A DNA stretch of 32,000 nucleotides from Candidatus Nitrosopumilus koreensis AR1 (GCF_000299365.1 NC_018655.1:1290001-1322000), one strand, 5' to 3'; positions 1 through 9,431 are shown, numbered from the stretch's first letter. Program-made: numbers and translations. The notes: generated by a model from the sequence alone, not told the origin.

Positions 1-1
1 A

Positions 2-280
2 GAATCAAAATTCTACAGAACAACAGGTGCAGACATTATCGGAATGACACTAGTTCCAGAATGTCAACTAGCAAGAGAAGCACAGATTTGTTATGCATCA
101 ATCTCAACAGTAACGGATTATGATGTTTGGGCAGAAAAACCAGTAACTGCAAAAGAAGTATTAGAAACACTTTCAAAAAATGTTGAAGGAACAAAGAAAA
201 TACTAACAGAGTTAATTGAAACAATTCCTGAAATTAGAAGTTGTTCTTGTGCAAAAGCATTAGAAGAAGCAGAATTCTAG
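2..280 (+). CDS. mtnP: S-methyl-5'-thioadenosine phosphorylase (MTAP/PNP family), C-terminal fragment; 5' end lies outside the window
   Basis: The frame is open from nt 2 ([43 protein letters not shown]...). This matches the conserved MTAP C-terminal pattern GADxxGMTxxPE...YAxxxxVTDYDxW. Confidence 0.8.
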   Translation, partial: ESKFYRTTGADIIGMTLVPECQLAREAQICYASISTVTDYDVWAEKPVTAKEVLETLSKNVEGTKKILTELIETIPEIRSCSCAKALEEAEF

Positions 281-561
281 TCGTCAACAAATGATTCTTT
301 TTTGAGTCCTTCTGGAAGAGACAAATCTCCTTGAAGTAAGTTTCTTTGAAGAGACATTATTACCTCGTCAACATCATAACCTAGTTTTTCTAATTCTTTT
401 TCAGTAGTTTTTGAAATTTTTGCTCCAACATTTTGTCCACCTATTCTTCCAAAAGCAATTGCTGTAAAACGAAAATCATTATCACCTATGGTAAATTTAC
501 CATTAATCTTTGCAGCCATTTGACTGCCATGAATATCATTAATGTGAACTTTGAGTTCCAT
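277..561 (-). CDS. hypothetical protein (94 aa)
   Basis: Clean ORF, co-directional and tightly spaced with the two upstream minus-strand genes (8-nt gap to 570..968). No motif recognised. Confidence 0.5.
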   Translation of the reverse strand: MELKVHINDIHGSQMAAKINGKFTIGDNDFRFTAIAFGRIGGQNVGAKISKTTEKELEKLGYDVDEVIMSLQRNLLQGDLSLPEGLKKESFVDD

Positions 562-569
562 GTTAGAAA

Positions 570-968
570 TTAAATTTCCACTGCTTTGTTGACGTTATCA
601 TCAATCAAAAAGCTCCAGTGTTTTTCATCTTCAACTTTGTAATCTTTTACTGTTAAAGGAATTATCTTTTCATCAAGACATTCGTGCTTGATTTCGCCAT
701 TTTCTTTTAATTTTACTAATTTCCACTTGTATTTTCCCTGTTGTAATTTACAAACTGTAACACCCCATTTTGCATCAGGATCGATTTTTGGCATCCCTAC
801 AAGATCAGCTAATTCTTCAATTCCAAGTTGTTTTTCTTCACAAAATCTTTTCTTACAAACACCACATCTCCAAACATCAACGGACCCAATAGTTCTTTCA
901 TCTATGTTGATGTTAACCACACCAAAGTAAACAGGTTGATGTTTGCATGTTTCAGTATCAATAGTCAA
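570..968 (-). CDS. hypothetical Cys-containing protein (132 aa)
   Basis: ORF with a TTG start. Contains WRCGVCKKRFCEE plus further Cys residues. Lies 21 nt downstream of the wHTH gene on the same strand. Confidence 0.5.
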   Translation of the reverse strand: MTIDTETCKHQPVYFGVVNINIDERTIGSVDVWRCGVCKKRFCEEKQLGIEELADLVGMPKIDPDAKWGVTVCKLQQGKYKWKLVKLKENGEIKHECLDEKIIPLTVKDYKVEDEKHWSFLIDDNVNKAVEI

Positions 969-989
969 TGCAGTTCAAAAATCGAAGTG

Positions 990-1349
990 TTATTTAGTTC
1001 TTGCATCATCATATGGTTTTTCCAAAATCACACCTATATTATCAACAACTTTGTTTCGCTTAAATTCAATATTTTCTCGCTCACACATTCGTCTATACAT
1101 GTTAACCACAGTAAATCTGGGATGCATTGCCTCAAATTCAGTTTCAGAAATATCTATGAAAGCACCCAGATTCATCAGATCTTTTGTTGCTATTTTTGCA
1201 TCATTCAAAGAAATCTTTAATTTTTCTGAAATTGTTTGAGGAGACATTTTTCCATAACAGGTAACAAGCAAATACACTTTGGCCTGTACAGAATTCAAAT
1301 GAATTTCAGATATTAGATCATCTTCAATTTTAGAATCCATATTTTTCAA
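990..1349 (-). CDS. TrmB-like winged-helix transcriptional regulator
   Basis: LNSVQAKVYLLVTCYGKMSPQTISEKLKISLNDAKIATKDLMNLGAF fits the TrmB N-terminal HTH pattern (L..EAKVYL.L...G..t..eIs....i....vy..L..L...G). Start is TTG at 1349 or ATG at 1340. Confidence 0.6.
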   Translation of the reverse strand: MKNMDSKIEDDLISEIHLNSVQAKVYLLVTCYGKMSPQTISEKLKISLNDAKIATKDLMNLGAFIDISETEFEAMHPRFTVVNMYRRMCERENIEFKRNKVVDNIGVILEKPYDDARTK

Positions 1350-1381
1350 TTAGATGATTGTAATAAAACATGATCTATGCA

Positions 1382-1603
1382 TTATTTTTTTACCAACAGT
1401 TTTTTTGAAATTTTTAAGGAAAAACCCATTGCAATAAAGTGAATTACTGCACCCAAAATTGCCCCTAAAATCATGTCATCTAGAAAAACCCAAACTAAGA
1501 CAAATGCAATAAGAGAAGGAACAGATATGATTACAGCAACAACTGTACCTCTAATCATAATTTCACGTTTTGTTAATTTGGTAAATTTTTCATCCTCAGT
1601 CAT
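1382..1603 (-). CDS. small membrane protein, two predicted TM helices (73 aa)
   Basis: Two hydrophobic stretches (VVAVIISVPSLIAFVLVWVFL and ILGAILGAVIHFIAMGF) with flanking Lys residues. Confidence 0.5.
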   Translation of the reverse strand: MTEDEKFTKLTKREIMIRGTVVAVIISVPSLIAFVLVWVFLDDMILGAILGAVIHFIAMGFSLKISKKLLVKK

Positions 1604-1619
1604 AGCTCAAATTTTAAAA

Positions 1620-2132
1620 ATGGTAATAAAAACCAAAGATACTTTATATTTGGTAAACTCAGATTTGGACTGTTTGGCAAGTTACAAAGGTGCATATTCA
1701 AATGAACAATCACTAAATTTTGTAATTCCAATAATTGTAATCTTATTTCTAGGAATAATCTATATCATGACTCAAAGAGCAGATTCAGGTTTTGTTAGTT
1801 TCTTCTTAATTGGAGCCGCAGCACTAACAATGTTTTACTGGGTCAGAGTATTAAAGAAAATGACAAAAGACCAAAAACCACTCTACACACAATCAAGAGA
1901 ACAAGAGCAAAAGAATTGGGTATATGATCTTATCAAAGGTGAAGGGGAATTTGTTTTTGTTGCAGAAGTTCCAGGTCCTGAAGACAAAATTGCAGTAAGA
2001 CTAGTAGATGGAATGCTATACATCAGAGGAACTGCAGGATTTTCAAAAGAAGTGCCAATAGAAGGTGCAAACAATATGCAGATATTTGATTTCAAATATA
2101 GAAATGGTGTATTGACACTTAGGATAAAATAA
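1620..2132 (+). CDS. Hsp20/alpha-crystallin-domain protein with hydrophobic N-terminal segment(s); start uncertain
   Basis: The C-terminus (VYDLIKGEGEFVFVAEVPGPEDKIAVRLVDGMLYIRGTAGFSKEVPIEG...FKYRNGVLTLRIK) fits the ACD pattern. The track start at 1473 overlaps the opposite-strand gene, so it was trimmed to ATG 1620. ATG 1767 and ATG 1860 are alternatives. Confidence 0.6.
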   Translation: MVIKTKDTLYLVNSDLDCLASYKGAYSNEQSLNFVIPIIVILFLGIIYIMTQRADSGFVSFFLIGAAALTMFYWVRVLKKMTKDQKPLYTQSREQEQKNWVYDLIKGEGEFVFVAEVPGPEDKIAVRLVDGMLYIRGTAGFSKEVPIEGANNMQIFDFKYRNGVLTLRIK

Positions 2133-3245
2133 TTACAGACTTTTTGCTAATTCTAATTTTTGCGGCAAATATTTGTCAGTGATGTTAGTTAGACCATATT
2201 TGGCAAAGGCCTCCAATTCAGCTTTTCTTTTTAATCTTAGAAATACTTCTAATTCTTTTTTCCAAATTCCTGATTCATATCTTGGATCTTTTTGAAGATC
2301 ATAGCATCTCTTAATGTCAGATTCAGTCATTGGGATTGTTGGTAGTTTGTATTTTTCTATATCAGTAGCCCAAACCCCAACCCATTTTGCATCAGGTACG
2401 GTTAATTCTCTCAGATGTGCAGCATTTGCAGAACCAGATTTAATCACCATGGCAATGTGTTCTCCGTACACATCACCATCAGTTAGAATGATTACAGGCA
2501 ATCCCAGCTCATCATGAAGGCGCTTAAGTAAAGTTCTGGTAGAACGTGGAGCTTGTCCTCCAGTATTGATAATAATAGATTTGAATTTTTTATCAATTTG
2601 TTCTTCAACAAATCTTGTAAAAAGACCACCCTTCTCAATTGCAATTACAATTTCAGCACTAGTATCAACTAATTCAGCAGTTGTCAAACTAGGCCCAATG
2701 GAATAACCATCAGGATGATTTGACAAATTCATTTTTTTCCCCTCATAACCAGGAATAGTATATTCTATATTCAAATCACCAAAAATTGAGCTTCGCTCTT
2801 CTGGAAAAATATGGAAATCCTCCCTAGGTCTCGAGGTTACTGCTTCCAAATCAACAATTATGTTATCGGATTCAGATTGATCTTCAAATTCTATGGCAAA
2901 TGCTTGTGAAGAGTAATACACATCTCTTAACGTAGATGACTTTTTCTCTTGAGTTAAACGATTTGCAAAAAATGCAAGCCACATTAATTGTGTGAAAGAG
3001 CGCAGTTGAGCAGAGTTTTTAGCACTTCTCAATGCATTTGAATTGCCTAAAATGTATTGCCTTAATTTTTTATCATAAACAATATTACCTACAGATCTAC
3101 TCGGGATTGAAAATTTGGGAAATCGTCCATTTTCCAAATCCTCATAGATTTTTGCTCCGTGGTTTTTTAGAGATTCAAGAACACTTTTTTGTTTTTCTTT
3201 AGCCTTTTTACTAATTTCTTTAGCTTTTTCTTTATTTGTTTTCAA
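2133..3245 (-). CDS. top6A: DNA topoisomerase VI subunit A (Spo11-like)
   Basis: Toprim region PVIILTDGDVYGEHIAMVIKSGSANAAH and N-terminal winged-helix region. Overlaps top6B by 14 nt. Confidence 0.95.
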   Translation of the reverse strand: MKTNKEKAKEISKKAKEKQKSVLESLKNHGAKIYEDLENGRFPKFSIPSRSVGNIVYDKKLRQYILGNSNALRSAKNSAQLRSFTQLMWLAFFANRLTQEKKSSTLRDVYYSSQAFAIEFEDQSESDNIIVDLEAVTSRPREDFHIFPEERSSIFGDLNIEYTIPGYEGKKMNLSNHPDGYSIGPSLTTAELVDTSAEIVIAIEKGGLFTRFVEEQIDKKFKSIIINTGGQAPRSTRTLLKRLHDELGLPVIILTDGDVYGEHIAMVIKSGSANAAHLRELTVPDAKWVGVWATDIEKYKLPTIPMTESDIKRCYDLQKDPRYESGIWKKELEVFLRLKRKAELEAFAKYGLTNITDKYLPQKLELAKSL

Positions 3246-5115
3246 TTGGTTTTTCCTCCTCTACAGTTTTTGTTTCAGGTTTAGTTTCAATAGGTTCTAG
3301 TTCATCTAAAATTTTCTTGTAATTAGGTTGTTTTTTCTTTCCAGCAAGTTCAGTACAAAACTCTGCGATCATTGGGATGTATTTTGCATAAAGATTTGCC
3401 CTCTTTTTTGCCATTTCAGCTTGTCCTCGTTTGGACATAAATGCCGCAAGTTTTCTTGACAAGAATTGTAGTCCTAATCTTAATTCACGTTCAATCTCTT
3501 GCCTATCTGCAACATTTTCTTTTCCTGCAGTCTTGTACGGAATTCTAGTTGAACAAATATGAGACACTATGATAAATGGTGGATCGCCTTTTACCTTGTA
3601 TCTACCCCAATCAGTATCATTTACAACTTTTAGGACCACATCACTTCCTTCATCATAAAGTAATGGGATTCTGTTTGCGTATCGATACACATGTGGCCCA
3701 CCCGATTTAATATCACCACCATATGCAATTCCCATCTCAACGATAAATGGAAATCCCGAATAAGCTGACGCTGGTCGTTGAACTACTGCAACAAAATCAG
3801 GATTGAAAAATTTCTTGATTCCTTTTTCTAACGGCTCCTCACCTAATGGAGCCAAACAACTAGAGTCCGGAGCCATAAAATCATCGAATTTCTGTAATGA
3901 ATCACTTAGGTTTACTAGTTCTTGATTGGTAAAAGTACCCATACGTTTTTCAGGTTTGAAGCCTGCAAATTCTGCAAATTTTACAGCTGTAGTTGGACCT
4001 ATGCGCTGAAATCGTTTTGTAAGAAAAGTTGTCAGTGGCTCACCTTGAACAGTATTGGTGAGTTGCTTGAAATACTGACTTTCAGGATCCATATCAACTG
4101 TTTTTGATTGAGAGTCTCCAAAGTCCCAATAATGTAATTTTTTGTTTGGAACATCAAGATCTTCAATTCTAATTTTACTTAATTTTTCAAAATCCATTTT
4201 AAGAAATGACAACAAAGCTATTACCACACGAACCTGACGAGAGAGATTTTTCCATTTCTTTTTTGCTTTTGCCATAATTGCAGTAAAGCTAAGACTTTGT
4301 TTTGATAATCCTAAATCTTTTCTTACCTTTTCAATCATTATATCATCAATGGTTGGGATTTCAAATTGAGATTCAACTATCATTCTTCTTATTCTTTCAA
4401 CATCAATTCCATGTGGATGTGGTCTGATAATTGTTGGTGGAGGAGGTATATCTTTTACAAATCTAGGATGATGGAACTTTTGTCCTTTAGGATCATCAAA
4501 AGTAATTGTCGCATATGGAGTAATTAATGATGTTTCATAGACATAATCACGAATTTTGTTTCCTGCTTTAGAGTAATCACCCTCTAAACAAATACTGACT
4601 GAAAGTCCTTTTTTTGCAACTTCTTTTTCAGTATGTTTTACAATTATCGGTTTGTTCTTTTGAATATCTAATAGAATTTCAAATTGATTTTGGATTTTTG
4701 CATCGACTGAACTTTTCACAATTACTGGTTTGTTGGTAGTAATTTGGCCATACAAAATTGCCATTGTTGCACCAAGACCAAACATACCTCTTGCTTGTTT
4801 TAATCCAAATTTGGAGCCATAAAGAACAGTTCCAAATGCAAGTGGAATATGTTTAGCATCAACTCCTGGTCCATTATCCTTAACAGTCAAAATGTAGGGT
4901 TTTGGGTCTGGTTTGTCAGGATCGACAGCCTTGATTGTCAGGTGTACATCAGGCAGAATACCTTTTTGATCACATGCATCAAGAGCATTTTCAACAAACT
5001 CCCTAACAGCAGTATATAGTGAACGGGTAGGATTACTGAATCCAGCCAAGTCACGATTACTGTAGAAAAACTCACTAGGAGAGATTTGATTAAATTTTTC
5101 TTTAATAGAAGACAT
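3232..5115 (-). CDS. top6B: DNA topoisomerase VI subunit B (GHKL ATPase)
   Basis: Bergerat-fold N box REFVENALDA, G boxes DNGPGV and GMFGLG. Size and adjacency to top6A fit. Confidence 0.95.
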   Translation of the reverse strand: MSSIKEKFNQISPSEFFYSNRDLAGFSNPTRSLYTAVREFVENALDACDQKGILPDVHLTIKAVDPDKPDPKPYILTVKDNGPGVDAKHIPLAFGTVLYGSKFGLKQARGMFGLGATMAILYGQITTNKPVIVKSSVDAKIQNQFEILLDIQKNKPIIVKHTEKEVAKKGLSVSICLEGDYSKAGNKIRDYVYETSLITPYATITFDDPKGQKFHHPRFVKDIPPPPTIIRPHPHGIDVERIRRMIVESQFEIPTIDDIMIEKVRKDLGLSKQSLSFTAIMAKAKKKWKNLSRQVRVVIALLSFLKMDFEKLSKIRIEDLDVPNKKLHYWDFGDSQSKTVDMDPESQYFKQLTNTVQGEPLTTFLTKRFQRIGPTTAVKFAEFAGFKPEKRMGTFTNQELVNLSDSLQKFDDFMAPDSSCLAPLGEEPLEKGIKKFFNPDFVAVVQRPASAYSGFPFIVEMGIAYGGDIKSGGPHVYRYANRIPLLYDEGSDVVLKVVNDTDWGRYKVKGDPPFIIVSHICSTRIPYKTAGKENVADRQEIERELRLGLQFLSRKLAAFMSKRGQAEMAKKRANLYAKYIPMIAEFCTELAGKKKQPNYKKILDELEPIETKPETKTVEEEKPIENK

Positions 5116-5674
5116 CTTGATCTTCCCACAATTTCATTTTTTCTTGTTTTTCTTTTCTGTTTGCAGCTTCTAGTTTATCATAAACTGCACCATGCATACT
5201 CCCGCTTGAAATAGAAGATATTGCATCTACTGCTAATCGTAATTTACTTGCATCACCAATAATTGAAACTGTTTTTCCATAAACTGAGATATGAGTACCG
5301 CTAAGATTTTCCATATTTCTTCTTGCTCTACCACCTTCTCCAATAATTCTCCCTTTTATCCTTTCAACATTTGCGTTAGATTTTCCGGCAAACTCTCTAA
5401 GATCTATAACATGCAATGTGTTTTCTCCTTTCAACAGAGTCAAAGCGTTTTCAGGAGAAAATCCTCTACCAATTGCTGTAACAATTTCCATCGCTTTGAA
5501 TGGTTGGATCTTTTCAACATCACCATTTGACTTTATGAGAACTTCGCCAGTCTCCCCATCAATATCCAAAATGACATGACATAGGTTTTCAATTTTAGAT
5601 TTAACATTACCTGATTTACCAATCAAAACTGCAATTCTATCATTTGGGATACGGAGTAATTTTTCAAAGCTCAT
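5102..5674 (-). CDS. KH-domain RNA-binding protein (archaeal Dim2/Pno1-like)
   Basis: Two KH-like units (IAVLIGKSGNVKSKIE and IKGRIIGEGGRARRNME). Has a 4-nt overlap with the upstream RIO kinase gene, the usual archaeal pairing. Confidence 0.8.
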   Translation of the reverse strand: MSFEKLLRIPNDRIAVLIGKSGNVKSKIENLCHVILDIDGETGEVLIKSNGDVEKIQPFKAMEIVTAIGRGFSPENALTLLKGENTLHVIDLREFAGKSNANVERIKGRIIGEGGRARRNMENLSGTHISVYGKTVSIIGDASKLRLAVDAISSISSGSMHGAVYDKLEAANRKEKQEKMKLWEDQDVFY

Positions 5675-6450
5675 TTTACAATATCCTCAAATAATTTATC
5701 TGGATCTTCAACAGAAACCCCTCTTTTTTTGAAGAACCTGGTAATGTTATTAATGTCTCTCTTAAGAAATTCTTGAGTATTAGGGTGTCTCAAATCGACT
5801 GCAGAACCTAAATCAAAAACTACCAGTCCTTTTTGGGTCTTGAAGATATTATATTCTGAAAAATCACCATGGACCAATTTTGCTTTTTGATACATATCTT
5901 GTAGAATTTGGATTGCCTGACGGTAGTCGTTTTCATCGACTTGTGAATCCAATAACTGTTTAGATGGTGCACCGTTTTCACCCACAAATTCCATTGCCAG
6001 AACATTATTTGTTACATAGAGTGGTTTTGGAACGGGGATTCCAGCCTCAAAGCATTGCGTTAGATTGCGATATTCCTTTCTTGCCCAGAGATAGACTAGA
6101 TTTTTTGTTCCCTTTTTGACACTAGAGAACCGTGGATCACCAAGAATGTATGGCTCTCGTTTTTTAAAATTTGAAGTACTTACAAGATAAATTTTCAAGG
6201 CTACATCAGAATCACTTTCATCAACTCCCCAAAACAAAACAGATTCTTTTCCAGCACTTACAGCACCATTGACATATGCAATGACATGATCTGTAATCAT
6301 TTTGTACAGAGTCATAACAGTTGGTTTGTCTAAAACTTCGTTTATCACTTTGCCTTTTTTAAAACCATCATCCAAAGTTTTTCGTTTATCTTTTGAAATT
6401 AATTTTTTATCTAATTTTGATTCTAATTTTTTACTTAGTATGTCAGTCAT
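5671..6450 (-). CDS. rio1: RIO-type serine/threonine protein kinase
   Basis: ISAGKES-like nucleotide loop (AVSAGKESVLF), VALKIY, catalytic LVHGDFSEYN, and metal-binding FDLGSAV. Confidence 0.9.
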   Translation of the reverse strand: MTDILSKKLESKLDKKLISKDKRKTLDDGFKKGKVINEVLDKPTVMTLYKMITDHVIAYVNGAVSAGKESVLFWGVDESDSDVALKIYLVSTSNFKKREPYILGDPRFSSVKKGTKNLVYLWARKEYRNLTQCFEAGIPVPKPLYVTNNVLAMEFVGENGAPSKQLLDSQVDENDYRQAIQILQDMYQKAKLVHGDFSEYNIFKTQKGLVVFDLGSAVDLRHPNTQEFLKRDINNITRFFKKRGVSVEDPDKLFEDIVK

Positions 6451-6524
6451 TAGTTTGTAATACTCCCACTAGATAAAATGAATTTCTTTTTTTAGATGAA
6501 AATATGTGAAGTAAAAATAGCATC

Positions 6525-6821
6525 TTACATTTTAAAGACAATAAGAAAAGGAACTCCAGAGATTTTTTTAACACCATTTTCAGAACCAACACCCAATCCA
6601 AGAGATAAAGAGATAGTTTCATCTCCAACCATGTTAATGATGGCAGAATTTTTTAGTAGAGTTTCAGCTTCTTCTTTTTCCACAAATCTTTCTCCATAAT
6701 ATCTTTCACTGATGTGCATGTTTAGTTCACCTTCAACAATTGTTTTACCCAATAGTTCTGCATCACAAATATTCAACATTGGATTTCTTTGGTAATCAGT
6801 TTGACGTACTGCAAATGGCAT
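6525..6821 (-). CDS. DUF424-like small protein
   Basis: 98-aa ORF sharing 1 nt with the aIF2-beta stop. The pattern NICDAELLGK...ISERYYGE resembles the archaeal DUF424 family often found beside aIF2-beta. The family name is recalled from memory. Confidence 0.55.
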   Translation of the reverse strand: MPFAVRQTDYQRNPMLNICDAELLGKTIVEGELNMHISERYYGERFVEKEEAETLLKNSAIINMVGDETISLSLGLGVGSENGVKKISGVPFLIVFKM

Positions 6822-7243
6822 TATGCATATTTACCTTTTAGAGTAGATTTTGCACCACAAGCTTCACAAATTAAAAATGATATACGATTTTCTTTTAGAA
6901 TTTTTGTATCAGGGCTTTTGCAAGTTGGACATTCAAGATAATCTTTAACATAAATTTGAAACAGTCTGGTAAAGTCATCAGGATCACGTCTTCCAATAAA
7001 CATGGCCTTGTCACCAATTCTTTCAGCAGGAACTGCAAACTCCTTTGAGAGATATTGCAATACTTTGTCAGGATCTCGTCTAAGCACCTTTGGGAATTCA
7101 GAGAAATTACGCAAGAAAGTTTTTTGGCCTTCCCACATCACATCTACGACAGGGAGTTCAAACCTAGCAGTAGATCCCTTTTCAGTATCACCTAGTTTAT
7201 CCTGTATCCTTTTGAGTAAATTCTCATATTCTGCTTTGGTCAC
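6821..7243 (-). CDS. eif2b: translation initiation factor aIF-2 beta subunit
   Basis: C-terminal zinc ribbon YLECPTCKSPDTKILKENRISFLICEACGA and central ELPVVDV...GQKTFLRNF region. GTG start. Confidence 0.9.
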   Translation of the reverse strand: MTKAEYENLLKRIQDKLGDTEKGSTARFELPVVDVMWEGQKTFLRNFSEFPKVLRRDPDKVLQYLSKEFAVPAERIGDKAMFIGRRDPDDFTRLFQIYVKDYLECPTCKSPDTKILKENRISFLICEACGAKSTLKGKYA

Positions 7244-7314
7244 TAAAAAATAGTGTAGACTATACCCTATATTGGTTTTTGAAAAAGAAGAATCGTGTGG
7301 ATTTTATTTCTAAA

Positions 7315-7461
7315 TTATTCCATTTTTCCAATTCGGAAAACATTAGTTCCACATTCAGGACATGTCCCTTTTACTGCAGGACGTCCATTCTTTAGTTTAG
7401 TTTCTTTGGGGTTTTTGATGTCCCTTTTTTCGCGACATTTTACGCAATATGCTGTAACCAT
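7315..7461 (-). CDS. 48-aa zinc-ribbon protein (DUF5679-like); below the length cutoff of the ORF track
   Basis: Own translation of the minus strand gives MVTAYCVKCREKRDIKNPKETKLKNGRPAVKGTCPECGTNVFRIGKME, with CxxC...CxxC knuckles. A TATA-like TAAATA sits about 25 nt upstream of the ATG. Confidence 0.6.
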   Translation of the reverse strand: MVTAYCVKCREKRDIKNPKETKLKNGRPAVKGTCPECGTNVFRIGKME

Positions 7462-7680
7462 TCTAAAAATTGTCAAACATGGTGGTATTTAGGAAGAGGC
7501 TGTGAAAAATATTTCACTACAGGCTAGACGCAGGTAAATTTTTTTGTGCCTCAGAAAAAGATTTTCTCATAAAATTTTAACGAATGTTAGTACTTTTTAG
7601 AAAATTATGGTCAAGATTATGCTAAAAGCGAATTTTTCTAATATTTGTTTAATAATTGAAAATTTCTTTAAAGATTATCA

Positions 7681-7688
7681 ATTATAAA
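7681..7688 (+). promoter_or_regulatory. TATA-like box (ATTATAAA) upstream of 7711 ATG
   Basis: A/T box ends 23 nt before the start codon, consistent with an archaeal TATA box and a leaderless or short-leader mRNA. Confidence 0.35.
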
Positions 7689-7710
7689 CTCCCAAACATT
7701 AAGAATTAGA

Positions 7711-8211
7711 ATGGCATCAAAGAAAGGAATTGCAGTTACAATAATCATTTTAGCTGCAATTACTGGAGCAAGTTTTTTTGTATGGATGGTTCCTCAACAA
7801 AATGAAACCACATTCATCGTTACAGATTATGAAGGTTATCTAGATGGAGTAAAAAACATTCATGAAATTTTACAAGAGTCAACTGAAATTGAATATCAAA
7901 AACTTCTAGATAAGGATATTACACCAGAACAATATATTGCATCAGCTGACATCACATCATCCCAAATAACAGCTCAAATTAGTGAATTTGTCACATCAAA
8001 ACCATCTGAAGAATGGCAAAATAGCTACATTAGTTACATGGATGCCATGAAGAAATTTAATGCATATGTGATAGAAACCAAAGTTCTAGCAAATCTAATA
8101 GAGAATGAAAGTTCAGAAGAAGAAATTTCAGAGATAAAACAAAAGATTGAATCATTAAAATCAGAATCACTAGAGTTAGTTAAGATTTCTGATGAGTCAA
8201 GACCAGACTAG
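7711..8211 (+). CDS. membrane-anchored hypothetical protein (166 aa)
   Basis: N-terminal TM/signal anchor (GIAVTIIILAAITGASFFVWMV) followed by a helical acidic domain. Confidence 0.55.
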   Translation: MASKKGIAVTIIILAAITGASFFVWMVPQQNETTFIVTDYEGYLDGVKNIHEILQESTEIEYQKLLDKDITPEQYIASADITSSQITAQISEFVTSKPSEEWQNSYISYMDAMKKFNAYVIETKVLANLIENESSEEEISEIKQKIESLKSESLELVKISDESRPD

Positions 8212-8281
8212 CCTCAAAACCGAATTTTAATAATCATAATTGTTGGAAATCGTTAAAAAGTAATTCTACAAAACAAGATGA

Positions 8282-9427
8282 ATGTCTCAACGCTCAGGCA
8301 AAGTAGAAAAAGATGTTAATGCATCTACGGCTAACAAATTACTTGTAATTTGTGTTGATAGAGATAATGATGTGGGCGAAAAGGCAGGAATAGTTACACC
8401 AGTAATTGGCAGAGATTCCTGTATTGAGGCAGCACAAAGATTAGCATTAGAAGATCCTGAAGACGCAGATTCAAATTCTATTTTTTCAGCAATTAAAACA
8501 TACGAAGATTTGGTTAGTAAAGGATACCAAGTTGAAGTAGTTACGGTTGCAGGAATCAAAGATAGAGGAGTGCAAGCTGATGAAAAAATTCTTAGTGAAA
8601 TAAGAAAGGTCTTAGAAAAATTTTCTGCAAATGGAGCAGTCATAGTTTCAGATGGGGAAGATGACGAAAGTGTCATTCCAGTTATTCAAAATGTCTTACC
8701 AGTAGTTTCTGTACAACGTGTTGTAATGAAAGTAAGTAGAAGTGTAGAGTATTCTTATGCAGTTTTTGGAAAATATCTAAAAATGATTGCATATGACTCG
8801 AGATATTCAAAATTTTTCTTAGGTGTTCCAGGAATACTTTTGTTAATTGGAGGAATTGCTACTATATTTGATTACACAGCAGAAATATTTGCAGTTCTTG
8901 TTAGCATTTTGGGTGGAGCATTTTTAATTCGAGCATTTGATATTGATAGAGTTTGGTCAAGTTGGTCAAAGCCTACACCTATGGGTTTTATCAGAATGTT
9001 TACAATGGTTGCAGGAATATTGTTAATACTTTCATCAATACCATCTGGAATTGCTGCAATTGATCCAGAATTAATTGAGTCAGATACAGGGTTGGTTGGA
9101 AAGATTACTGATCAAATAATTATTGGACAGTTTGTTTCAGGAGTATTACCAATCCTATGGACAGGACTTGGTGCAATATTTGCAGGAACGTTACTTAGTA
9201 ATTGGATTGGAGGAATACCAAGACAAATCAGCGATATTTTGAGAATAATTGTTCTGATTGCGTTGTATCCAACAATATACCAATTTACCAACATCATGAT
9301 TTCTGATGTGAGTTCATTTACTTTGATTCCACCATTACTTGGAGGTTTAGCAGCTACCTTGGTTTCAGCCACAATTCTCTTCAAAAAATACAGAAAACAT
9401 AAAGATCAAGAGATGGTTTCAGATTAA
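8282..9427 (+). CDS. DUF373-family archaeal integral membrane protein
   Basis: Soluble N-domain LLVICVDRDNDVGEKAGIVTPVIGR...LEDPEDADSN...VIVSDGEDDESVIPVI...VQRVVMK, followed by several TM helices. Confidence 0.75.
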   Translation: MSQRSGKVEKDVNASTANKLLVICVDRDNDVGEKAGIVTPVIGRDSCIEAAQRLALEDPEDADSNSIFSAIKTYEDLVSKGYQVEVVTVAGIKDRGVQADEKILSEIRKVLEKFSANGAVIVSDGEDDESVIPVIQNVLPVVSVQRVVMKVSRSVEYSYAVFGKYLKMIAYDSRYSKFFLGVPGILLLIGGIATIFDYTAEIFAVLVSILGGAFLIRAFDIDRVWSSWSKPTPMGFIRMFTMVAGILLILSSIPSGIAAIDPELIESDTGLVGKITDQIIIGQFVSGVLPILWTGLGAIFAGTLLSNWIGGIPRQISDILRIIVLIALYPTIYQFTNIMISDVSSFTLIPPLLGGLAATLVSATILFKKYRKHKDQEMVSD

Positions 9428-9431
9428 TTTG

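Noticed and set aside
828-1239. Two plus-strand ORFs (130 aa and 98 aa) in the track
   Set aside because: They are antisense shadows of the better-supported minus-strand genes 570..968 and 990..1349. Their composition is low-complexity and S/F/I/N-rich, with no motifs.
1473-1619. N-terminal 49 codons of the track's 219-aa Hsp20 ORF
   Set aside because: This part overlaps the opposite-strand membrane-protein gene 1382..1603 almost completely and adds no recognisable domain. The start was moved to an internal ATG.
7295-7492. 65-aa plus-strand ORF
   Set aside because: The opposite strand encodes a convincing CxxC...CxxC zinc-ribbon protein with a promoter-like box. The plus-strand product has no recognisable features.
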